Of a DNA stretch of 64,000 nucleotides, positions 23,170 to 34,433 are shown one piece after another (position 1 is the stretch's first letter; every line of letters begins with the position of its first letter). The translations under genes and the position numbers were made by a program. The notes under the pieces are model-generated. The model saw only the letters and a list, made by a program, of their open reading frames with translations. It searched no databases and was not told the origin of the DNA. The stretch covers positions 124,001-188,000 of the forward strand of contig CBFFSA010000004.1 of NCBI GenBank assembly GCA_965644495.1, given 5' to 3'. The DNA is from Perkinsela sp. CCAP 1560/9. Its lineage: Eukaryota; Protista; Euglenozoa: Kinetoplastea.

Positions 23170-23600
23170 TTGCGGTGGTTGTAAAACTACCGCTCTACCC
23201 TCGATTATTGAAAAAATAGTGAACAAAAACAGTGAAAATATAAAGGGGAACACAGTAATATAATAGAAGAAAAAAATATGAAAGGGGGCTCCGGTGGTCC
23301 AAAACTGAAAAATTTTTTTGAAAAAAATGGGGGGTCCATGGGGGGGGTCCAGGGGGGGGTCCAGGGGGGGGTCCAGGGGGGGGGTCATGGTCGAGCAAAT
23401 TTTTTCTAAAAGATTAGTTTTCGAAAAAAAACCGCAGAAAGGGTAGCCGGGGTCTTGGCGCGCATTTTCCACCCCCCTACCAGGGGGTGACCCCCCCCCG
23501 CGTATCCGCAGGACGGGTCCGCCAAGTTCGGATTTTTTCGGAAAAATTTTATTGAAAAAAATTTCAACTTGGCGAAAAAAATGGCAAAAAAAATATTTTT
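23170..23600. repeat. Dispersed repeat family R1, longest copy
   Basis: Hairpin start, (GGGGGGGTCCA)n array, and a GGGTAGCCGGGGTCTTGGCGCG...CCGCCAAGTTCGGAT block that is also inverted at 42787-42880. Confidence 0.85.
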
Positions 23601-23973
23601 CCAAAATCGTTTCCCCTATTGTATTTTGATAGTTTGGGACCTACACTAGCTTTCTACGCAGTTGTTTTCGCAAGGTATGCCTTCTTCGAACTGTGGTGCG
23701 CCCCTCAAACTGACCCATTTTTGACTAAAAAAGGTGAAAAAGTATTTCGGACCTAAAGGGGCATTTTTGTGTCGAAAGAATGGTATGGTTGGAGTCGTAT
23801 TCTCTACCCAATACGTTCGGTAGGCTTTCATTCATGCCTACGAGTGATTTCCCACGCGCAAATGTCGGATTTAGTGCTCTGAGAGCAAAAGTACGCGAAA
23901 ATCACCCCATTTTTACCCGAAATTCGGCTATATTTGGCTATAATCTTTCCGTTTTCCAGGCTAATTTTTTTTA

Positions 23974-24068
23974 GGCTCTTCGTTAAACGCGGCGGTAGTT
24001 TTCAACGCGAAGCGCGCAGCATGAGTGACTTCTAAGTTGAAAACAACCACCGCGTTTAACGAAGAGCT
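23974..24068. mobile_element. 95-bp MITE (copy of 7847-7941)
   Basis: GGCTCTTCGTTAAACGCGG...CCGCGTTTAACGAAGAGC. Confidence 0.8.
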
Positions 24069-24387
24069 TAAAAATTGCGGTGGTTATAAAACTACCGCTC
24101 TACACTCGATTATTGAAAAAAAAGTGAACAAAAACAGTGAAAATATAAAGAGGAACACAGTAATATAATAGAAGAAAAAAACAGGGTTCGCAGAAACTAT
24201 AATATAGTAAAATATAGTTTTTTTCATTGAATATAGTTACTATATAGTACTATATTTACTATATTTTACTATAAAACTATAAGAAAACTATAAAGGTTTT
24301 TTCACCTTACAAGTGATATTTTTTGAGTCCTCTCCGCTTGTGAAGGACATGCACACGCCTCTACATGCGTTCTTACACGCTTACATA

Positions 24388-25940
24388 CAGGGGTGGGCGC
24401 CTTCAGAGTGGGGGGGTCTAAAATTCGTAAAACTTGACCAATTTTGGAAAGTAATAGCGCATTCGAGAGCTCTCAAATAGTCTGGTGTAATGGCAACATC
24501 CGTTTCCCGTTTTTAGACATTCGAGATAAATGACAGAAAAACAAGGAATTTATTTTTCCCCGAAGATGCAATTTTTCAGTTTTTTTGGCTTTTTTTAGTT
24601 TTTTTGCGCCGTTAATGCCTCAGAAACGTGTACGATCGCGAACATCACGGTTTCCCTTCCAGAGAGATGCTTATTCACCACCTGGGAAGGTAGGGCCGTC
24701 GCATCGCATGCTTCTCGTAGACCATTACTTTCGTTCTGGGTCCTACAATGCTACAGCACGCCACTTTGAAGTAGCGGAGAGCACTGTGAAGCGATGGGTC
24801 ATTCGTTACAGCGAAACTGGTGATGTCGAAAGCATTCCCAGACGTCTGAATTTTACAGTTAGGACATCACTGTTTATCGGAGAAGCACTCCGCATAGTAG
24901 ATGAGGGTACACGGGATCTTCCTTATGGTGTGGAATCATGGTGCGCTCTACATCGCGAACTTCTATCCAGAGGGTTTCAGTGTTCCAGACGCACTTTGGC
25001 TCGAGCTTTGAAGCCCGATATTATCCTCCGCGTAGTTCAGCGTAAACCACGACTAACCCAACAGCATAAAGACGTTAGAGTCCGATTCTGTAAGGACATG
25101 ACGGGCTGGAGCGAACACCAGCTTGATAATATTATTTGGTGTGATGAGAAAAAGTTTACCTGCAAGAAGTCTACCAAAAACGCCTACCTTTGCCGACGGT
25201 CCGACCCTGTAAAAGAGCAGCTAGGTGAGCTGGAAGCGTGGGTAGGGGGCGATGGTATAATGGTGTGGATGGGGGTAAGCATAAAGCATGGATTTCATCT
25301 GCACATTTTTCCTAATAGAGATGAGCAGGGAAATAGAGTTACTGTGAACGGGGCTGTTTTCGAAGCTGCCATGACCAAGCGTAATGGTCTTTTGAACTAC
25401 CTACACAGGCACCGTGCAGTTGTTGCTATGGACAATTGCCCTGCGCACAACTTGGCAAGGCGTACTTTTCAGCAGCAAAACGTGCGAACGCTCCCCTGGC
25501 CCGCAAAGTCACCAGATCTCAACCCCATCGAAAACTTGTGGAATATCATGGATCAGCACAAGGATCGCATGCGACCACGCAATCGCGCAGATCTCCTCTC
25601 TTCTATCGAGAGTGCATACGACGCACTTCAAACCGATCTCAAAAGTACTTGCGTGAAGACCATAAAGAGTGTCTCCAAGCGCTTTCAAATCGTTATTGAG
25701 AAAAAAGGGGGAAATTGTGGGTACTGAGATTTTTTTTTTTGGAAAAAAAGGACTTTTTCGTTAAAGTTGCAATTCGTGTTTGGGACCATTCTAGCTTTCT
25801 TTGATTCCCGTAAACTTTCGCAGAGTGCTTTTTACGATTACACTAGACTATTTGAGAGCTCTCGAATGCGCTATTACTTTCCAAAATTGAACAAGTTTTA
25901 CGAATTTTAGACCCCCCCACTCTGAAGGTGCCCACCCATG
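24388..25940 (+). mobile_element. Full-length Tc1/mariner-superfamily DNA transposon
   Basis: TIRs of about 100 bp (CAGGGGTGGGCGCCTTCAGAGTG...GCGCATTCGAGAGCTCTCAAATAGTC), TA on both sides, and an intact transposase ORF. Confidence 0.95.
24615..25727 (+). CDS. Tc1-like transposase, DD32E
   Basis: HTH (TARHFEVAESTVKRWV), RKPRLT, IIWCDEKKF, MVWMG, MDNCPAH, WPAKSPDLNPIENLW. ATG at 24615. Confidence 0.95.
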   Translation: MPQKRVRSRTSRFPFQRDAYSPPGKVGPSHRMLLVDHYFRSGSYNATARHFEVAESTVKRWVIRYSETGDVESIPRRLNFTVRTSLFIGEALRIVDEGTRDLPYGVESWCALHRELLSRGFQCSRRTLARALKPDIILRVVQRKPRLTQQHKDVRVRFCKDMTGWSEHQLDNIIWCDEKKFTCKKSTKNAYLCRRSDPVKEQLGELEAWVGGDGIMVWMGVSIKHGFHLHIFPNRDEQGNRVTVNGAVFEAAMTKRNGLLNYLHRHRAVVAMDNCPAHNLARRTFQQQNVRTLPWPAKSPDLNPIENLWNIMDQHKDRMRPRNRADLLSSIESAYDALQTDLKSTCVKTIKSVSKRFQIVIEKKGGNCGY

Positions 25941-25972
25941 TACGTATGATATGACAAGAAATTCTGAAAAAA

Positions 25973-26170
25973 ATGTGACCCAAGCTAAAGTGGACGAGGG
26001 AGATACTAAAAGCACCTTTGGCAAACCACCATAAAAATGGAAGGGTATGTCCCTTAAAGATTCTTTTGGTACGTCGGAATCCTTTCCAAACCGGGAGATA
26101 TCATTCTATTTTTGTGGTGGTTTAAAGGTGCTTTTAGAATCTCCCTCGTCCACTTTATCTTGGGTTACAT
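25973..26170. mobile_element. Foldback MITE related to 13053-13241
   Basis: ACCCAAG(C/A)TAAAGTGGACGAGGG inverted arms, with an inner arm different from the 13-kb copy. Confidence 0.8.
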
Positions 26171-26961
26171 AGCTATCGAAACATCCTCCCTCTTCCCCGC
26201 GATTCCATCACCGCCGAAAAATATCATCAACTAGTGTGTCATCTCCTCGGAAATAGCAATGAAACGCATGCGAAAGGAGTGACGATAGGAAGTACAAACT
26301 CTCCACTCGACAACACACCGCGTAGTTTATTCAGACTCATATGATTGTATTTATTCAAACTCATAGAATTGTGAGCAGCAATTATTCAGTCCCAAGACAT
26401 AACGTCGGTGGCTCCAGCCAACGCGCGGCGACAGCGATGCAGTGAGAAGATGTTCGGGACGCAAGATTCGCACAAGGCAATCTGTCAAGGCCACGTGATG
26501 GGACTGGGGTACGTCCCCTCCTGACACAAGTTACATTCAACCGCTTGTTTACTTCCCTCCGTGTGCAGCAGTTCAATAAAATAATCTTTGCAGAAACTAC
26601 CCCTCGTAACTTTAGTTTCGGGCATCAATTTTCGGGTTTAAAAATAAGAAAAATCGTACACAAATGAATTCGCCGTGTATTTATGGTGTGTTGGTGAGCT
26701 TCGGAGTGCTTAAAATGTGAAACAAAAAAATATAGTTTTTTATAGTTTTCAAAAAAAGTTTATAGTAACTATATAGTACTATATTGATAGTTTTATAGTT
26801 TCTGCGAACCCTGGAAAAAAATATGAAAGGGGGCTCTGATGGTCCAAAACTGAAAAAAAAATTGAATAAAATGGGGGGTCCATGGGGGGGGTCCAGGGGG
26901 GTGGTCCAGGGGGGGGTCCAGGGGGGGGGGTCATGGTCGAGCAAATTTTTTCGAAAAAATT

Positions 26962-27300
26962 ATGGGGGTTTCCCCCCAACTAACTTCTACAACTCCTATC
27001 CCTCTCTCTGTCTGTATTCGTTTATTCCGCAAGTACAAGGAGTCGCGTCCCGAGGTTTCAAAGGCAGAAAAGATAAATGTTATCCCCAGGGACGTGCGCA
27101 CTATTCAGCATGACATGAGAATTCTTGCTGATTGTGTGTGGTTAAACATTCGCGAGACCATAGACGATCCATAGATATTTGGGCTTGCGATTGATGCTGG
27201 AATGGACTCCGTCCTGCACGAACACGTCTTGGTTGCTGTATTTATGTGGGGTCGCACCGGCGGCTGACTCCACCAATGTGTCATCCAAAGTCCAGCGCCT
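26962..27300 (+). pseudogene. Possible hAT-like transposase N-terminal/first-Asp fragment
   Basis: RLFRKY...PRDVRTIQHDM...IFGLAIDAGMD...VLVAV resembles the hAT FSLxxDESTD region. Contains an internal stop. Confidence 0.45.
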
Positions 27301-27557
27301 TTAATGGGAAAGAGACAGCAGAAATATTTGTTTCTTCAGAAATATCTTCAAAGGACTAGAATAGGGGGGGTATGGGGGTCAAACTTACACACACACTTTT
27401 TTGTTCAAAATTGTTTTCGGTCATCCCAAAAATCCCTCCATGCCCCCCTCCCTGGACCCCCCATGCCTCCATGCCCCCCCATAGACCCCCCTTTTCTTCA
27501 ATTTTCTTTTTCGGTTTTTGTGTAACGGGGCCCCCTTTAATTTTTTTTATTCTATTA

Positions 27558-27879
27558 CTGTACCCCCCCCCCGTTTATAATAGCCTCGCTTTTGCCCAAA
27601 CCTATAAGGGGGGAGGGCGATTAAAAGTTGGCACAGGAATCGCCTTACATTTGTGAGCGAGGAACCAGTAATTATCCAATCGCTAAGTGGGCCCCGGCGC
27701 TCTGCCAAAGTAAAATGACCAGCACGACCCCTCGAAGAACCATGTGAAAATAAATATCAAACTATTTAAGACGGCGCAAGAAAATTTAAAAAAATCTTCC
27801 TCGGTTTGCCCAAAAAAACCTATAAAGAGGGGGTGGGGGGGAGGGGTCGAGGCTATTATAAACAGGGGGGGGGGTACAG
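27558..27879. mobile_element. TA-targeting MITE, TIR CTGTACCCCCCCCC.GTTTATAATAGCCTCG
   Basis: Inserted in an inverted R1 copy. The empty site TTCTATTATATTAC in other R1 copies confirms the TA duplication. Confidence 0.85.
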
Positions 27880-28497
27880 TATATTACAGTGTTCCTCTTT
27901 ATATTTTCACTGTTTTTGTTCACTTTCTTTCAATAATCAAGGGTAGAGAGATAGTTATACAACCACCGCGAATAGTACTATAAAGTAGTTTTTGTAGTTT
28001 TGCGGACCTCTGGCTGAAACGAAGGACGTGTGTTTTCAATATCCCATTTCATTTGCTTACGTGATGTCAATTATTAATGAGAGGAGGAGTATTCTGAGAG
28101 TTCGGGATAGCTACGATTCTACGACATTTCGTTTTTCCAAGAGATATTCTTCCTACCCCCACTCTTTAAAAATGACCTGAATTCAAGGAAAAAATTGGTA
28201 TTGTTTCGCCCCGAAATGCCGAGGGTTCCTCAGATTTTTGTTTCCTAGTCTCTTCGCTGAACGCGGAGGTAATTTTAAGCAGTGTAGATATAGCAGCGGT
28301 GACTTTTAAGAGGGCTGAAACCAGTAAAATGAAAACCCAGGCTAACCTAGGCAAACCCCAGGTAGTTTCAGTCCTCTAAGTTGCACCGTCTTTAACGAAG
28401 AGACCATAATATAAAAACGTGGAGAGTGAATTACGGTGTACAATGCGTTGCCGGGAAGCAAAACCCCATATACAACTGATTGTAAATGCAACAATAG

Positions 28498-29208
28498 TCA
28501 CAAGACTACGTTCTTCACAAGATCCATTACATTTCCACTCGGAACTCGAAAAGCTTTGTCTTTGAATGATCTGTCATTGATGTATAGAAACGGGTTACCA
28601 TCCAAACTCAGGTGATTCATTCCTTTGGGAAGAGAACTCAAGCTCACATGACCACGAAACCGATTATTACTTAGAAAAAGTGAACTCAATGAGGAGGGCA
28701 GGTTTGTTAAATCTAGCGGTCCACTGAATTGATTGTTTATCAAGTTAAGTGAAGAAAGATTTTGAGGCAACTTGGTGAGACAGATCTCTCCGGAAAAATT
28801 GTTGTTGCTTAAGACCATATAGGCCATAGTGTCTGGAAGCGCAGTGAAGTCAGCCTTACCTCGAAAAAAATTATTGTCCATGCAGGTATTAAAAAGTTTC
28901 GGTGGCAGCTCCGTAAAAGGTACTTTACTTTTCATTTCATTGCTATTAAGATTTAATGTAACCACAGTATGAGGAAGAAATTCCCACTGAAGACTTCCTG
29001 AAAGGCGGAATCGATACCATTTGATTCCAATGACATGGCCTTCCTCATCGCATGTGATTCCACTCCATTTACATCCGGGATTGTCTATACTCCATGAGGG
29101 CCGATGACGTTCCACGATGAGGTTTTCAATGAGATGCGCAAGTTGATATTCTGGAGGCGGCAAGTTCCCTCGCACCTTTGCAGCCTTCAACGGAATACTC
29201 GTGTTCAT
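28498..29208 (-). CDS. LRR family protein (tandem cluster, type A)
   Basis: 236 aa, AKVRGNLPPPEY motif, cap and LRRs. Confidence 0.92.
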   Translation of the reverse strand: MNTSIPLKAAKVRGNLPPPEYQLAHLIENLIVERHRPSWSIDNPGCKWSGITCDEEGHVIGIKWYRFRLSGSLQWEFLPHTVVTLNLNSNEMKSKVPFTELPPKLFNTCMDNNFFRGKADFTALPDTMAYMVLSNNNFSGEICLTKLPQNLSSLNLINNQFSGPLDLTNLPSSLSSLFLSNNRFRGHVSLSSLPKGMNHLSLDGNPFLYINDRSFKDKAFRVPSGNVMDLVKNVVL

Positions 29209-29776
29209 TTTTTTGAATACGTGGTTGTAGAAAATAAATAGAAACTTTTATATTAAGTAACGCGTTTGGTATAATGCAGTGATTCGCTTCATGGCGGAAG
29301 TCACATTACCACTTGTTGTAAAGAAATCTATTTTAGGACGAATAAAAGCTGGACGAAAGTCTTGCCGATTCAGAATGATTAGGTCCAAAAATGGTGACAC
29401 GTAAAATATTTCCAAAGTAAAGACCTATAGGGGGGGGCTACACATTGATAGCGCGGTATATTAGGAGAGTATCACGAAGTGCTCTGTCTTCCAATATGCT
29501 ATTCTTTGGTTGCAAATTTAAAAATATTTATAAAACGTTACAAAATATTCATTACATTCATTACTGGTATTACAGATTACAAATTACAAAATATTCTTTA
29601 GTGATAGTGTTTCTCCGGTGGTATTCTCATCGGTTTAAAAAAAGTGCCCAACTTCAACCATTCAGCCACCACCGGTCATATTTAGCCCAAACGAGTCCTT
29701 GAACAGACTTAAAATTAGTTCCCGAGACTTTTGTGGGTCCAAGTATAATCGTTAAAGTCTACACTAATGAACACAA

Positions 29777-30487
29777 TTACGGAATTACCTTCTTCACAAG
29801 ATCCATTACATTTCCTCCCGGAACTTGAGAGGTTTCGTCCTTGAATGCACTGTCTTTAATGTACAGAGACGGGTTACCGTTCAAAAACAGACGACTCAGT
29901 CCTTTGGGGACAGAACTCAAGCTCACATGACCACGAAAACGATTGCTATGTAGAAAAAGTGAATTCATTGAGGAGGGAAGGTTTGTGAGATCCAACGTCC
30001 CACTGAATTGATTTCTTGCCAAGTTAAAAAAATAAAGAGTTTGAGGCAACTTGGTGAGACAGATCTCTCCGGAAAAATTGTTGTCACTTAAGACCACATA
30101 GCCTACTGTATCTGGAAGCGCAGTGAAGTCAGCTTGGCCATAAAAAAAATTACCATCCATGCAGAGAGTAGTAAGTTTAGGTGGCAGCTCCGTAAAAGGC
30201 ACCTTACCTACGAGTTTATTGCTATTGAGATTTAAAGTAACCACAGTATGAGGAAGAAATTCCCACTGAAGATCCCCTGAAAGGCGGAATAGATACCATT
30301 TGATTCCAATGACATGGCCTTCCTCATCGCATGTGATTCCACTCCATTTACATCCGGGATTGTCTATACTCCATGAGGGCCGATGACGTTCCACGATGAG
30401 GTTTTCAGTGAGATGCGCAAGTTGATATTCTGGAGGCGGCAAGTTCCCTCGCACCTTTGCAGCCTTCAACGGAATACTCGTGTTCAT
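29777..30487 (-). CDS. LRR family protein (tandem cluster, A/B chimera)
   Basis: The 5' flank and N-terminus match 28498-29208. The C-terminal half and 3' flank match 34434-35144. Confidence 0.92.
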   Translation of the reverse strand: MNTSIPLKAAKVRGNLPPPEYQLAHLTENLIVERHRPSWSIDNPGCKWSGITCDEEGHVIGIKWYLFRLSGDLQWEFLPHTVVTLNLNSNKLVGKVPFTELPPKLTTLCMDGNFFYGQADFTALPDTVGYVVLSDNNFSGEICLTKLPQTLYFFNLARNQFSGTLDLTNLPSSMNSLFLHSNRFRGHVSLSSVPKGLSRLFLNGNPSLYIKDSAFKDETSQVPGGNVMDLVKKVIP

Positions 30488-30589
30488 TTTTCTCGAATAC
30501 GTGGTTGTAGAAAATAAATAGAAACTTTGATATTAAGTAACGCGTTCGGTATAATGCAGTGATTCGCTTCATGGCGGAAGCCACATTAC

Positions 30590-31325
30590 TGTACCCGGGT
30601 ACAGTTATTATTGTCAAAAGTTTTGACAATAATATGATGATTTGGCAATAATAACGTGATTTGGAAATAATAGGAAGCTTTGCATCATATTATTGTCAAA
30701 AGTAGAGGAAGCCCACCATTTTTAAAGTATTTTTAAGTAAAACCTAGAAAGCACAGTATCAATGATCAATGGGGAAAGCAGTTTCGAATTCAGAAAAGCC
30801 CAGAATCTTTTTTTTCTCGATTAAGAATGAATTAATAAGGCTTTAGCAAGCATAGGCATAGAGATCTAAGGCTGTCGGAATTTTATAAAGTCTGTCATTT
30901 TAAATTGCTTTTTTTCAGAAGAAAGTTTTGGTTTTGATGATTTCAATATTTCCAGCAAGCTTCGTTGGCAAGCTAATTCCTTCCTTTCTTTCGTCAAGTT
31001 GGCATCCGGCGGGCCTTCAGTAAGGGAAATAAATTTATAGTCTTTACCCTCGCTGGAGGAAGTAGAATCTATTTCATGAGTAAGAGACTCTCCGTCCGAA
31101 GAAAAGGCCAAAGCATCGTCATGCGCAACAACACCAGTACCAAACTCACTCTTTTCTACGCGAAATCGTTCGAGTTGAAGAAGAAAAAGGTGTTCCGAAC
31201 AATCTGGAATATGAATGTCCTCCGAATCGGTGATCGACGACATGCTGGAGTAAATCAAAAAACTGCCCAAAAATCACCGATGAAATAATAATAAAATGAC
31301 GATAATAACGTGATTTGACAATAAT
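30590..31325 (-). mobile_element. DNA transposon remnant (possible pogo-like C-terminus)
   Basis: Abruptly truncates the LRR 5' flank. It has repeated GAT(T)TG.CAATAATAA subterminal motifs and an acidic ORF fragment ending in a PIP-box-like KQFKMTDFI. Confidence 0.45.
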
Positions 31326-32460
31326 AAAGGACAATGGAACCCATGCAGACCGCCACTGCGAGCCAGTGCCAAACGCTGCCAGCCAGTACCAAATGCTGCC
31401 AGCCACTGCGAGCCAAAAACGTCCTCTGAGGGCCTTTCTCCTGAGGCCAAACCATCTGGTTACCCGAACATTTAGTCCATGTCTTGAAGGTACGCTTCAA
31501 GGTCGGCGGTTGCCTCTCCAAGGGAGTACGCGCTACGGGGGCGGACGCTCAGAAGCAGATGGCCCCGGAGGTCAACCAAATGGAACAGGACGCGAGTCAC
31601 GATGCATGAGGTCAATTCAATGCCACACACAGAGCGCGCAACATGTAGGAAGTTGTCCATCGTGCATGAAACGCGCCCTGCGATTTCCACTTTACTACTG
31701 AGCTCCGCATTGCTTATCTCCAAACGTGGCTCGGAGAAAACGTCGGGCCTTTGTAAAGACCCGGGCTGTCGAAGCCTTGATGACGTTGAAGAGTTTGTCT
31801 TCGGCACTTGTCTCAGGCCCAAGAGCCAAAAAATCCGAATCATTCCGGATTGCTCCAGATGGTCACTGGCAAGTCAGACCCTTCACAGACAGATTTGGAA
31901 GTTCCGAGGCCGACTTCCTCTACCAGTTTCCGCTTGTCCAAGGTGGCACCAACGTGCTGTTACCAACACGCTGCGTTGACGAATTGTACGTCAACACGGC
32001 TCATCCAAGAGGTGTAAGCCGGCCCAAGAGCAGTCAATCGCTCTTGCAATGCGTCATTGCTCTCGGTAGACATAAACATTTAGGAGAAAAGTTTACGGGA
32101 AAAGAAGAATGTACTGTTGTTAGTAAAAAGGAATAAATTGATTCAGAGAAAGAAACAAAGAATAATATAGCTAGAAGCGTACACCGAATCGGAAATTCCA
32201 CATAAAAATAATAAACAAATGTAAACTTTTGCCAGTTTTGTATCTTTTCCCACCGAAAATACAAACCGCGGTCTCGGTCGAAGTACCCGCAGCCCCTCAA
32301 CTACCGCGTTTAACGAAGACCCTTAAAAAGAGAATTAATTTCTATACGTCATTCTTCTTAACTTTGTGTCATACGCTGCCATATACTAGTAGATTACGGT
32401 GTACAATGCGTTGCCGGGAAGCAAAACCCCACATACAACTGATTGTAAATGCAACAATAG

Positions 32461-33866
32461 TCACAAGACTACTTTCTTCACAAGATCCATTACATTTCTA
32501 TTCGGAACTCGAAAAGCTTTGTCTTTGAATGATCTGTCATTGATGTACAGAAACGGGTTACCATCCAAACTCAGGTGATTCATTCGTTTGGGAAGAGAAC
32601 TCAAGCTCGCATGACCACGAAACCGATTATTACTTAGAAAAAGTGAACTCAATGAGGAGGGCAGGCTTGTGAAATCTAGCGGTCCACTGAATTGATTGTT
32701 TATCAAGTAAAGTGGAGAAAGATTTTGAGGCAACTTGGTGAGACAGATCACTCCGGAAAAATTGTTGTTACTTAAGACCATATAGGCCATAGTGTCTGGA
32801 AGCGCAGTAAAGTCAGCCTCACCTCGAAAAAAATTATGGGTACAGACCACTTATATTGCACCCACTTTCAAAATAATGCTATGAATGCATTGAAATGTTT
32901 TCTTGCGCAGCTTAACTTTACACACTTTATCTCACTTCCTCCTTCCGCCTATTTTACGTCAAAAAAATATTGCAGTATGCTTAAAGTTGGCCACTTTACA
33001 CGTCAAATGCCCATGCACAGATAAAATGCTTGTGGGCAGATAAACTGCCAATGGACAGATAAAATGCCACAAAAAAAAGCTTGGCGTCAGTGCCACACGA
33101 CAGGCGGGGAAGACCGCTAGGAGGTCCCATGTTGGACCATGTTGCCCCATGTTAGGGCTGCGGGAAATATTGAGAAGACTCCTAGTTATTTATATTATAT
33201 TACCTGTTATATTACCTATTTATATTACCTGTCTGGAGGTAAGGCCCAACTTTGAGCGTAGCCCACGTCTGTGAGCAAAGCCCAACTGTGGGCGTAGCCC
33301 TGAGACAGAATTATATTTTAGCTCCCCTGCACACAGAAGCGAGCGGGGGCGCGTACTAAGAACCAACGTTTGTCCCTTCCGCAGGCTTGTGTACTTGTTT
33401 TCCTATGTTGTGTGACCGGGCGTGTGATCCAGTAGCCTTTTAGGATATGCTGTCCATTTCAACTCTGTGGCACAGTTTGACCCAAAAAATAGAAAAGTGG
33501 GTGCAATATAAGTGGGCATTACCCAAAATTATTACCCATGCAGGTATTAAAAAGTTTCGGTGGCAGCTCCGTAAAAGGCACCTTTCCTTCGAGTTTATTG
33601 CTATTGAGATTTAAAGTAACCACAGTATGAGGAAGAAATTCCCACTGAAGACTTCCTGAAAGGCGGAATAGATTCCAATTGATTCCAATAACATGGCTTT
33701 CCTCATCGCATGTGATTCCACTCCATTTACAAGCGAGATTGTCTATACTCCATGAGAGCCGATGACGTTCCACGATGAGGTTTTCAATGAGATGCGCAAG
33801 TTGATATTCTGGAGGCGGCAAGTTCCCTCGCACCTTTGCAGCCTTCAACGGAATACTCGTGTTCAT
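32461..33866 (-). pseudogene. LRR family type-A copy disrupted by a MITE
   Basis: The halves at 33525-33866 and 32461-32837 rejoin into a 236-aa ORF once the insertion and one TSD are removed. Confidence 0.92.
32838..33524. mobile_element. 687-bp MITE with 8-bp TSD (Merlin-type ends)
   Basis: TIR GGGTA....CCACTTATATTGCACCCACTTT and TSD AAAATTAT. A second copy lies at 44680-45368. Confidence 0.9.
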
Positions 33867-34433
33867 TTTTTTGAATACGTGGTTGTAGAAAATAAATAGA
33901 AACTTTGATATTAAGTAACGCGTTTGGTATAATGCAGTGATTCGCTTCATGGCGGAAGTCACATTACCACTTGTTGTAAAGAAATCTATTTTAGGACGAA
34001 TAAAAGCTGGACGAAAGTCTTGCCGATTCAGAATGATTAGGTCCAAAAATGGTGACACGTAAAATATTTCCAAAGTAAAGACCTATAGGGGGGGCTACAC
34101 ATTGATAACGCGGTATATTAGGAGAGTATCACGAAGTGCTCTGTCTTCCAATATGCTATTCTTTGGTTGCAAATTTAAAAATATTTATAAAAAGTTACAA
34201 AATATTCATTACATTCATTACTGGTATTACAGATTACAAATTACAAAATATTCTTTAGTGATAGTGTTTCTCCGGTGGTATTCTCATCGGTTTAAAAAAA
34301 GTGCCCAACTTCAACCATTCAGCCACCACCGGTCATATTTAGCCCAAACGAGTCCTTGAACAGACTTAAAATTAGTTCCCGAGACTTTTGTGGGTCCAAG
34401 TATAATCGTTAAAGTCTACACTAATGAACACAA

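Larger units (their letters stand above)
24182..26813. mobile_element. Non-autonomous hAT-type element carrying nested insertions
   Basis: TIR CAGGGTTCGCAGAAACTATAA at both ends, 8-bp TSD GAAAAAAA, and subterminal ACTAT/ATAGT repeats. It splits an R1 copy that rejoins seamlessly. Confidence 0.85.

Noticed and set aside
26380-26580. Structured ncRNA (CAGTCCCA...TGGGACTG pairing)
   Set aside because: Only one short stem, inside a TE nest, with no recognisable box motifs.
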